Source: Gammaproteobacteria bacterium
GTDB taxonomy: Bacteria; Pseudomonadota; Gammaproteobacteria; Ga0077536
Direction: 5' to 3'
Assembly (NCBI GenBank): GCA_963662545.2
Contig: CAXXLL010000003.1
Span: 2,528,001 to 2,592,000, forward strand
DNA: 64,000 nucleotides
Shown: positions 54,154-64,000 of the stretch, one piece after another
Numbering within the stretch: the first letter of the stretch is position 1
Layout: every line of letters starts with the position of its first letter
Notes under the pieces: generated by a model
Told to the model about the DNA's origin: nothing
What the model saw: only the letters and a program-made list of their open reading frames with translations
Database searches by the model: none
Program-made: the position numbers and the translations under genes

Positions 54154-55011
54154 TCAGGAATTCGCTGCGGTTGGCAGGGTTTCGGGATAGGCTTCGCGCG
54201 CGGCGGTGAGATTGCCGTAGAGATGCGCGACGATGTCCCGGCCGTCGGCCGTCTGTTCCAGGAAACGCACGGCCTCCGCAATGTAGGGCTGCACGCTCGA
54301 TTCGAAAAACGCAGGATAGCCTATCAGAAGATCACCCGGGCATTCATAGCCCATGGACTCATTGAATCCAACTTCTTCGAATTCGAAGAAGATGGCGGAA
54401 AGTTTGTTCAAATACCGGGGGTCGCTCAACTGCCCAATGAGATCGGCGGCTCGAACAAGCCCCGGATAATCATCGGTCTGCGCATACCAGGGATCATCGG
54501 GTACGGGAAAGCGGGTGCGCTCGATACAAGCGTTTACGAAACCGATATCGGTCAGGCGGCTGTCAATGAACTGCTCCTCCACGAACCGCTTGCCGCGATT
54601 AACGTGAATCGGCATCAATACCGCGTCGCTGCGGCCGACAACGACGTCAAAGGGCTGACCGTCGATGCCGGTGGCGAGCGTACTCGCCGTATCGGAGCGG
54701 CACAGCCCGCGCGCGTATCCGATGTCGTGGCAGAGCAAGGCGATGACGACGTTACTCCAGATCTCGGGCGTCACCACGCCCTCGGTTCGCTGTTTGCCGC
54801 GCAGTAAGTGCAGTCCGACGAGGGTCACGTGGGCAGTGTGTTCGACGTTGTGATAGAGCGCGTCACTCGTACCGATCCAATCAAACGCCGTCCCGGCAAA
54901 ACGCAGCACATGATCGAGGGACGCGGCCGGCGCCTGCGGGTAGATCTCGCGGTAGTGCTCTGCCGCCGTGTCGCTGACGATCGAAGTCAGTACTTTCGTG
55001 ACGTTTAACAT
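54154..55011 (-). CDS. HD-domain metal-dependent phosphohydrolase
   Basis: YHNVEHT, HDIGY, RAADLIGQ. Confidence 0.8.
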   Translation of the reverse strand: MLNVTKVLTSIVSDTAAEHYREIYPQAPAASLDHVLRFAGTAFDWIGTSDALYHNVEHTAHVTLVGLHLLRGKQRTEGVVTPEIWSNVVIALLCHDIGYARGLCRSDTASTLATGIDGQPFDVVVGRSDAVLMPIHVNRGKRFVEEQFIDSRLTDIGFVNACIERTRFPVPDDPWYAQTDDYPGLVRAADLIGQLSDPRYLNKLSAIFFEFEEVGFNESMGYECPGDLLIGYPAFFESSVQPYIAEAVRFLEQTADGRDIVAHLYGNLTAAREAYPETLPTAANS

Positions 55012-55247
55012 TCAGCATACGCCGCTGTCATTTATGCAGGGTCGGCCATACGTCGACGTATGGCGGCTGCCCTCTAATTAGGGAAAAGTATAGGCACCGC
55101 CCACGAACCTGTCCTTGTAAATACGGCCGTTTTGTGACGAACTTGAATTAATGCTGTCCCGCTTTCCGGGGTGGCCGGGATGCAGGCGTGAGCACACCGT
55201 AACTCTTTGCAATCACAGGTAATTTCGAACAAGAAATTGGAAGAACC

Positions 55248-55961
55248 ATGATCGAAGAACTGATCACCTACCAACATCGCGGCACCACGCTCGAGGCTTA
55301 TCTCGCCTACGACGAGTCGCGCGACGGTCCGCTGCCAGGCATCTTGATCGCGCATGCCTGGAGCGGGCGCGGTGAACTCGAATGTGCCAGGGCCAGGGCG
55401 CTCGCCGGACAGGGATACGCGGGTATCGCACTCGACCTGTATGGCAAGGGGATACTCGGCAGCGGCCCCGAGGAAAATGCTGGGCTCATGCAACCCTTCA
55501 TGGAAGATCGAGGTTTCCTGCAGGATCGCCTGAGCGCTGCGCTCGCGGCCCTACAGGCACGGTCTGAAGTGGACGAGGACCGGATCGCTGCGATCGGCTT
55601 TTGTTTCGGCGGTCTCTGCGTGCTCGATCTGGCGAGAACCGGTGTCGAAATCCGCGGTGTCGTCAGTTTTCACGGCTTGCTGGGCAAGCCGGGTAATACG
55701 GACGGCATCCCGATCAAGGCCAAGGTGCTGGTCCTCCACGGCCATGACGACCCAATGGCACCCGTCGCGCAGGTCCTCGACATCGAAAACGAACTGACGG
55801 AGGCCGGCGCCGACTGGCAGATCCATGTCTATGGCAACACCCTGCATTCGTTCACCAACCCCAAGGCGAACGATCCGGAAATGGGTACGGTCTACAACGA
55901 GGCCGCCGACCGCCGCTCCTGGATGACGCTACTGAACTTCCTCGACGAGGTGCTGCGGTAG
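55248..55961 (+). CDS. Dienelactone hydrolase family protein
   Basis: GFCFGG, HGHDDP, HSFTNP. Confidence 0.9.
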   Translation: MIEELITYQHRGTTLEAYLAYDESRDGPLPGILIAHAWSGRGELECARARALAGQGYAGIALDLYGKGILGSGPEENAGLMQPFMEDRGFLQDRLSAALAALQARSEVDEDRIAAIGFCFGGLCVLDLARTGVEIRGVVSFHGLLGKPGNTDGIPIKAKVLVLHGHDDPMAPVAQVLDIENELTEAGADWQIHVYGNTLHSFTNPKANDPEMGTVYNEAADRRSWMTLLNFLDEVLR

Positions 55962-57041
55962 TCGCAGCACTTCACTCGTTCTGGTAAAAACTGCCGGCGG
56001 TACGCCCAGGGCGGCCTTGAGCGCAATATCGCGATCGAGCGGATTGTGGAGGGTCGCCGAATAGCGCAATTCGGCGAACGGCGCGCTGCCGAGATGCCAC
56101 CACCGCCAGACCAGGGGAAAGAATTGTAGCGGCCAGTCGCTGCCGTAAACCATGCGCTCCGCCACCCCTGCCGTGGCGAGCGCCCGGCGCAGATATCCAC
56201 GCTTGTTGATCTGGGTGAGACTCGAAATATCGGTGTACAGATTCGGATAATTCAGCAGCATGGGTATCAATCGATCGAAGTTTCCCTCGCCGTTATTGTG
56301 CCCGGTCGTCCCGATATGGGCGGCGATAATCGTGACGCCTTGTTCGAGCGGCGCGATCAGGCGCTCGGGATCGCCGAGTCTGTTGTCCGCATGATGAAAT
56401 GCGTTCTCGTCTCCCACATGCACGAGCAGTGGCAGGTCGAGGGCTATGAGCAGCTCGTAGAATGGCTGTAGCTCGTGGTTGGCCGGGTCGATGTCCATGA
56501 TGGACGGTATCCACTTGACCAGCACTGCGCCGTCCCGCTTCGCCTGCTCTAGCCGCTCGCGCCAATCGAGTCGGTGGGGATTGATGCTCGCGCCGAACAG
56601 AAACTCTTCATGTCTGGCGGCTATTCCTGCGACGTATTCGTTGGGGATAAATAACTGGGTCGCCTGTTTATCGAGCCGGCCCTGTTCATCGATGACGCCG
56701 TCGAGGGCGAGCAGCACGGCTTGACGGATCCAGCGCGAACTCCGGATGTGCTCGCGTAAACGCTCCGCGACGACGACATCACCTTTATCTGTCATTTCCT
56801 CGGACGAGGTGCCGAATGCGCGCAGATACCATTTAAATTTGTAGCCCTCCAGCAGGTCCGTGGATACGTAACAGGTCTCGCAGCCGTGTCCCAACCCCGC
56901 CACGTGGGCGTGCATGTCGATCACGCTCTTGGCCGGCGGCAGCGGTTGTGGTGCCCGCGGCGCCAAAAACACGAAGAGCCCGGCAGCGAGCAGCGCCACT
57001 GCAAAAGCACTGGCAATAATGAGTCGAACGATCGAAGACAC
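55929..57041 (-). CDS. Amidohydrolase family protein with an N-terminal anchor
   Basis: IDMHAH, LVHVG, AAH, YGSDWP. Confidence 0.85.
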   Translation of the reverse strand: MSSIVRLIIASAFAVALLAAGLFVFLAPRAPQPLPPAKSVIDMHAHVAGLGHGCETCYVSTDLLEGYKFKWYLRAFGTSSEEMTDKGDVVVAERLREHIRSSRWIRQAVLLALDGVIDEQGRLDKQATQLFIPNEYVAGIAARHEEFLFGASINPHRLDWRERLEQAKRDGAVLVKWIPSIMDIDPANHELQPFYELLIALDLPLLVHVGDENAFHHADNRLGDPERLIAPLEQGVTIIAAHIGTTGHNNGEGNFDRLIPMLLNYPNLYTDISSLTQINKRGYLRRALATAGVAERMVYGSDWPLQFFPLVWRWWHLGSAPFAELRYSATLHNPLDRDIALKAALGVPPAVFTRTSEVLRLPQHLVEEVQ

Positions 57042-57048
57042 GGGAAAA

Positions 57049-58233
57049 CTAAGCCGCGCGGAGCAAGAGCGGCAGCCTCGCGGGCGCGTGAACGGCGTTC
57101 GCGGGGCGCCATTCAGCCTCGCCTGCCGGCTCTATCGAATCTACATGACGCAGTAATGCTGAGAGCAAGGCGAAAGCTTCCTGCCGCGCGACATGCTGCC
57201 CGACACAGACGTGGATGCCGCTGCCGAAAGCGACGTGAGGACGCGACGAACGCGTTATATCGAACGTATCAGGGCGATCCCACCGGCGAGGATCGCGATT
57301 GGCTGCTGCAATGATGCACATGATCTTTGTCCCTTCGGCGAGTTCAACGTCGTCGAGCCGAGTATCGTTCGCGATCGTTCGGCAAAACGTGTGAATGGGC
57401 GACTCGAAGCGCAGGACCTCTTCAATGGCCGCCGACGCCCGCGAGTGATCGGCTTTGAGCGTTTCCCATGCGTGTGGATGGTTCGCGAAGGAGTAGAGCA
57501 TGTTGCCGATCGTGGCGACGGTCGTGTCGATGCCGGCTGACAACAGTGAACGTACGAGCAGTGAAGCCTCCTCTTCGGTGATGTCGCCGGTGTCGCAGGC
57601 CGCGTATATGGTGTGTCCGAAACCGTCCGCCTTGAGTGCTTCGTGCCGACACCTCGCGGTGATCCAGGGCACGACCAGTTCGGCACAAGCCATCGAATCG
57701 CGCCTGATTTGATTATCGGGCCCGAGTGCATCGAACACCATCCGACCGTAACGCAGCAGATTGCTTCGATCGCCGTCCTCCAGGCCAACAGCATCGGCGA
57801 ATACTTTGAGCGGGTAGGCCTCGGCCAGATCGGCCACCCCATCGACCTCGCCGCATTCGATTGCGCGCGACACGCATGCTTCGGCCTCGATGGCGAAGCG
57901 ATCCTGCATCGACTTTACGGCTTTTGGTGACATGGCGCGCGCCATGACTGTGCGCGTGCGTTCGTGCGCCGGCGGATCGACTTCGAGAATGATGCTTGGC
58001 GGTCGCCAGGAAGATTCCTTTTTGAAGTCGGCCAGACCGACGCCGCGCGAGGAGCGGAACGTCTTCCAGTCGCGAAAAACCTGCTCGACGAGATCGATAC
58101 GTGCGACGGCACAGACATCGTAGCGGTCTATTCGAACTACCGGTCCGAACTCACGCACCTGCCGATAGTAATCGTAAGGAGCGAGCAGCAATGCCGGTGA
58201 ATAGGGGTCGACGTCGAGGGTCGGCAGGTTCAT
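57049..58233 (-). CDS. Cytochrome P450, CYP199A-like
   Basis: WRPPSIILEVDPP, SAGIDTT, EVLR, FGSGIHVCVG. Confidence 0.88.
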   Translation of the reverse strand: MNLPTLDVDPYSPALLLAPYDYYRQVREFGPVVRIDRYDVCAVARIDLVEQVFRDWKTFRSSRGVGLADFKKESSWRPPSIILEVDPPAHERTRTVMARAMSPKAVKSMQDRFAIEAEACVSRAIECGEVDGVADLAEAYPLKVFADAVGLEDGDRSNLLRYGRMVFDALGPDNQIRRDSMACAELVVPWITARCRHEALKADGFGHTIYAACDTGDITEEEASLLVRSLLSAGIDTTVATIGNMLYSFANHPHAWETLKADHSRASAAIEEVLRFESPIHTFCRTIANDTRLDDVELAEGTKIMCIIAAANRDPRRWDRPDTFDITRSSRPHVAFGSGIHVCVGQHVARQEAFALLSALLRHVDSIEPAGEAEWRPANAVHAPARLPLLLRAA

Positions 58234-58332
58234 TGGCTTTAAAAATGACGGAAATTTCGAGGCAGGTCTTTCGCCCATCGCGCCGCTGGTTTTGCTTGAC
58301 GCCGCACGCCCTTGCTGCGAGCGTTCGCGCAC

Positions 58333-58719
58333 TCAGGATCCGGCGTCGATCGAATCGAATACCTCGGTTGCGAGTTTGAACGCCGTATTCGACGCTGGCA
58401 CCCCGCAGTAAATCGCGGCGTGCAACAACACCTCCTTGATCTCGTCGCGCGTCAGGCCGTTGTTGAGGGCCGCGCGAATGTGGAGCTGGAATTCCTCGCT
58501 GCGGTTGAGCGCGATCAAAAGCGACAGGGTCATGAAACTGCGGGTACGGCGATCGAGACCGTCGCGCTGCCAGACCTCACCCCAGGCGTAACGGGTGATG
58601 AGATCCTGGAAATCGGCATTGAACTCGGTCTTGTTGGCCTCGGCCCGGTCGACGTGGGCATCGCCCAGGACCGCGCGCCGCGTCGCCAAGCCTCGGGCTT
58701 TGCGTTCTTCGTCGTTCAC
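58333..58719 (-). CDS. pcaC: 4-carboxymuconolactone decarboxylase
   Basis: RRAVLGDAHVDRA, YAWGEVW, AIYCGVPA. Confidence 0.92.
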   Translation of the reverse strand: MNDEERKARGLATRRAVLGDAHVDRAEANKTEFNADFQDLITRYAWGEVWQRDGLDRRTRSFMTLSLLIALNRSEEFQLHIRAALNNGLTRDEIKEVLLHAAIYCGVPASNTAFKLATEVFDSIDAGS

Positions 58720-59489
58720 AGAAAGTCTCCCAGAGCGGTGTTGAAATTGGCGGCGCGTTCGATGTTCGAAAGGTGAGCGGATTCGAGATTCACGAGCTGC
58801 GCACCCGGGATCGAGTCGGCCAGGAACTGCGTATTCTCGGGCGGTGTCGCCGGATCGGAAAGGCCGCCGATGACGAGCGTCGCCGCCGCGATCGACGCCA
58901 GGCCTGCGCGTTGGTCCATGTCGCGGATCGCCGCACAACAGCCGGCGTAGCCAGCCGCTGCCGTCGCCAACAAGCCATCCTCGATGCGCTTCACGTCGAC
59001 CGGACAACGCTCGCGGAACTCGGCGGTAAACCAACGCTCCAGCAGGATTGGCACCAAAGCGGCCATGCCTTCGTTTCTGACCAGGTCGATGCGCGACTGC
59101 CAGGCCTCGGGCTGCCCGAGATACGCCGAGGTATTGGCCATGACGAGCTTGTCGATACGGTCGGGCGCGTTCGCGCCGAGCCACATCGCAACCATGCCGC
59201 CTTTCGAGACACCGCACACCGAAGCGTTCTCGATTCCCAGGTGATCCATGAGCGCCACCGCATCCCGGCCAAGTTGATCCATGGTGTAATCGGCGTCCGG
59301 GGCTTCCGAGCGCCCGTGTCCACGACTGTCGTAACGCACGACCCGAAATCTCGATTCGAGCAGTTCCATCTGCGGCCACCACATGTCGAGTGAAGTGCCG
59401 AGCGAATTCGAAAGCAGGAGGCTGGGCCCGTCGTCGCATCCGCTGACTTCGTAGTAAAGGCCGATCCCGTTGACCTGTGCTTTAGGCAT
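58716..59489 (-). CDS. pcaD: 3-oxoadipate enol-lactonase
   Basis: SNSLGT, RYDSRGHG, AHLSNIE. Confidence 0.92.
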   Translation of the reverse strand: MPKAQVNGIGLYYEVSGCDDGPSLLLSNSLGTSLDMWWPQMELLESRFRVVRYDSRGHGRSEAPDADYTMDQLGRDAVALMDHLGIENASVCGVSKGGMVAMWLGANAPDRIDKLVMANTSAYLGQPEAWQSRIDLVRNEGMAALVPILLERWFTAEFRERCPVDVKRIEDGLLATAAAGYAGCCAAIRDMDQRAGLASIAAATLVIGGLSDPATPPENTQFLADSIPGAQLVNLESAHLSNIERAANFNTALGDFL

Positions 59490-60819
59490 TTTCGTACCTC
59501 TCTATCACCTCGTCGATGAAGGTCTCGATCACGCCCGTGTATTGCAGCGGATCCATGGCTTTTGCGAGCCCGTCCCGGCCCAGGTGTTCGCCAACCGCGG
59601 TATTTTCCGCGAGCACCTGTTCGAGTCTGCGGCCTTCGATCAACGCCACCTCTGAAGCCGCTTTGACCAGCGCCTGCGCTTGATCCCGCCCCAGGGTTCC
59701 GGCGAGCGCAACCGCCACCGCCTCGGCCATGACCAGCCCCTTCGTCCTGTCCAGGTTTTCACGCATCGCCTCGACATCGACCTCGAGACCATCGAGTGCC
59801 TTGTCGAGTTGCTCCAGTGCGGCACCGACGGTGGCGAAGAGATCGCGAACCGTCAGCCATTCCGCCTGCCAGGCGCCCGCAGCGCGTTCATTCTCGTGAT
59901 CGAAATCAGCAAACAGGCTGGCGATGAATCCCGGTACCCGGCGAACGCAGGCTGATACGCCGATCGACGCGACCGGATTGCGCTTGTGCGGAAAAGTCGA
60001 CGATCCGCCGCGTCCCGCGGCAGCCGCTTCGCGGAGTTCGGCCACGTCCGTTTGCATCATGAACAGTAAATCGGTCGCTATCTTGCCCGCACTCGCTGCC
60101 AGCATGCTAATCGAACTCGCGACCAGTCTGACCGGGCTGCGGTCCGTGTGCCAGGGAAGGCCCGGCCGTAAGCTGAGTTCCGCCGCCATGGCTTGCCGCA
60201 GTTCGATGCCCCGATCGCCAAGCGCTGCGAGCGTTCCAGCGCCGCCGCCGAACTGCAACGGGAGTGCATCCGTCAGGGCCGCGATCCGCTCGCGGCCGTC
60301 GAGCATCGCCTGCAGCCACAGCGCCACCTTGTACCCGAAAATTGTCGGCGATGCATGCTGCGACAGTGTCCGGGCGACCATGGGCGTGTGCCGATGATCG
60401 CGAACCAGGCTCGCTAGTGATTCGATGATGCGAACGACGCTTTGATCGAGCAGTTCGATGCCCGCCCGGCACTGCAGTATACCGGCGTTATCCACGACGT
60501 CCTGGCTGGTCGATCCCCAGTGAACATAGCGCGCCGCTTCCGCGTCGAGCGCAGCTACCTGCCCGGTCAGGAGTTTGACCAATCCTACCGCGGGATTCGT
60601 CGATTCAGACGTCAAGGCCTGGAGTTCGCCGATGCTGTAGTGCTGCGGATCGCAGGCGACCCCGATGACATCTGCGGCGGCTTGCGGAATGATGCCGAGC
60701 TCGGCTTGCGATTTCGCCAGCGCGGCTTCGAAGACCAGCATCTTCTCCAGCGTCGAGTGCGCGCCGAAACAGGCCGCCAGCGCATGCGAATTCAGATAGC
60801 CGTCGGTCAGTGAATCCAT
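59482..60819 (-). CDS. pcaB: 3-carboxy-cis,cis-muconate cycloisomerase
   Basis: HWGSTSQD, GGSSTFPHKRNP, pca context. Confidence 0.92.
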   Translation of the reverse strand: MDSLTDGYLNSHALAACFGAHSTLEKMLVFEAALAKSQAELGIIPQAAADVIGVACDPQHYSIGELQALTSESTNPAVGLVKLLTGQVAALDAEAARYVHWGSTSQDVVDNAGILQCRAGIELLDQSVVRIIESLASLVRDHRHTPMVARTLSQHASPTIFGYKVALWLQAMLDGRERIAALTDALPLQFGGGAGTLAALGDRGIELRQAMAAELSLRPGLPWHTDRSPVRLVASSISMLAASAGKIATDLLFMMQTDVAELREAAAAGRGGSSTFPHKRNPVASIGVSACVRRVPGFIASLFADFDHENERAAGAWQAEWLTVRDLFATVGAALEQLDKALDGLEVDVEAMRENLDRTKGLVMAEAVAVALAGTLGRDQAQALVKAASEVALIEGRRLEQVLAENTAVGEHLGRDGLAKAMDPLQYTGVIETFIDEVIERYENA

Positions 60820-60890
60820 GCTCGATTCCGGTTTATTCGGGCGCCTTCGCGTTCGTGTGATTATCGTTGTAGGCGGCGGGTTCGGCCAGT

Positions 60891-62603
<1,713 letters not shown>

Positions 62604-62607
<4 letters not shown>

Positions 62608-63320
62608 GCTTCATCCTCCCAGGGCATTTCGTCGGCCCCACGGATGCCGATGTCGAAGCGGTAGGCCATGGCGTAGTCGGGCACCGATCGGTCGATATCG
62701 AACACAGAAATCATGCGCTTGCGGGCTGACTCGTCGGCCGTTCCCATGAAGATCGGGTCCAGTGGCAGGGTCGGATCGCCGGGGAAATACATCTGGGTCA
62801 CGAGTCGCGTCGCCCAGGCCGGCCCGAACAGGGAAAAGTGGATGTGCTTCGGCCGCCAGGCATTGTGGTGATTCGGCCAGGGATAGGCACCCGGTTCAAT
62901 GGTCGTGAACTCGTAGTAGCCCTCCTCGTTCGTCACCACCTGGCCGGTACCGATGAAATAGGGGTCGAGCGGCGCATCGTGCGTATCACCGTCGTGCCGG
63001 TAGCGCCCGGCGGCGTTCGCCTGCCACAACTCGATCAGCGCGCCGCGCTCAGGCCGATTACGATCATCGGTGACGCGGCCGAATACGATGATGCGTTGAC
63101 CCTGCGCAGTTCCATCCGGCACCTGCCGGGTCAGATCTTGTGCGCCTTCGCGCAGTTTTTCGCGACCGAACCGCGGACCCGTGATCTCCGAGGCGGTATG
63201 CGGGATTGTGATCGCCGCCTCAAACGGCGCGCGTTTTTCGCTCGATCGGTATGCAGGATAATCGTTATCGGGATAAACCCCGTCCGGTACGCTCGGGTAT
63301 ACGCGAATCATTTTCGTCAC
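62604..63320 (-). CDS. pcaH: Protocatechuate 3,4-dioxygenase beta subunit
   Basis: WQANAAGRYRH, PGAYPW, WRPKHIH. Confidence 0.95.
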
Positions 63321-63992
63321 TCAGGCCGCTACGGTGCTCAATCGGCGGCAATCGTCTGCGAAGGTCAAAGATGCGGCCGTCATCGATTGCAGTTTCTCGC
63401 CGCTCATACCCTCTACCATCGCGGTCACATAAAGCCCCTCCGGCATCACGTCGATCACGGCCAGATCGGAATAGATCCGGTTGACGCAGGCGACGCCGGT
63501 CAGAGGTAAAGTACAGGTTTCCACGACCTTTGCCCCACCTTGTTTGTTAACGTGGCTAGCCAACATGACCCAGACCTGCTTGGCGCCGGCGACGAGATCC
63601 ATCGCGCCGCCCACCGCAGGCGGTTTCGGTCCCGGCAACGCCCAGTTGGCGATGTCACCGTTGGCGGCGACTTCATAGGCTCCGAGAATGGAGACGTCGA
63701 CGTGCCCGCCGCGAATCATGACGAAGGAATCGGCGTGATGAAAGTACGATCCGCCCGGCAGGATCGTGACCGGTTGCTTCCCGGCATTGATGATATCTGG
63801 ATCGACTGCGTCTTCCGCGGGCGCCGGCCCCATGCCGAGCAGACCGTTTTCGGAATGCAGGACGAACTCCTTTCCCTGCGGCACGTGGTCGGCGACCTTC
63901 ATCGGCATGCCGATGCCGAGATTGACGTAACTGCCATCCGCAATATCGGCTGCAACGCAGCGAGCGATGTCAGCGGCGGACAGTTTCATCAT
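63321..63992 (-). CDS. pcaJ: 3-oxoacid CoA-transferase subunit B
   Basis: VNLGIGMP, SENG, GGAMDL. Confidence 0.88.
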   Translation of the reverse strand: MMKLSAADIARCVAADIADGSYVNLGIGMPMKVADHVPQGKEFVLHSENGLLGMGPAPAEDAVDPDIINAGKQPVTILPGGSYFHHADSFVMIRGGHVDVSILGAYEVAANGDIANWALPGPKPPAVGGAMDLVAGAKQVWVMLASHVNKQGGAKVVETCTLPLTGVACVNRIYSDLAVIDVMPEGLYVTAMVEGMSGEKLQSMTAASLTFADDCRRLSTVAA

Positions 63993-64000
63993 CGTGCGCC

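Overview
Gammaproteobacterial chromosome segment, roughly 60% GC in the core genes. Left to right: (1) the end of a primase-helicase-bearing integrative element abutting tRNA-Ser(GCT); (2) a conserved minus-strand core block, tadA-pncC-thpR-recA-recX-alaS-lysC-csrA-tRNA-Ser; (3) a ~26 kb accessory island (12.5-38.8 kb); (4) metabolic genes: a biotin carboxylase/PxpBC-like cluster, a VWA-DnaJ pair, glpQ-glpK-glpD, and a pcaJ-pcaHG-pobA-pcaBDC operon ending in a CYP199A-like P450. The island starts at a guaA-like 3' remnant (IEWE*) next to a tyrosine recombinase. It is a chain of small gene modules separated by about 11 copies of a composite repeat built from 24-25 bp imperfect palindromes (GTCnGC-N12/13-GCGGnC). 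Repeat orientation tracks cassette-gene orientation. An ORF-less group II intron and four IS-like miniature elements all sit in the central GGTC/GGCC of these sites. The modules also carry intact or eroded integron attC sites, five paralogs of one small membrane-anchored protein, an AhpD-like CxxU selenoprotein candidate, ISL3, IS256, IS91 and IS21 pieces, and a 7-GAF histidine kinase. Several exact tandem duplications and an interleaved stretch at 16.3-17.8 kb may be assembly artefacts. All product calls come from motif recognition by eye, with no database searches.
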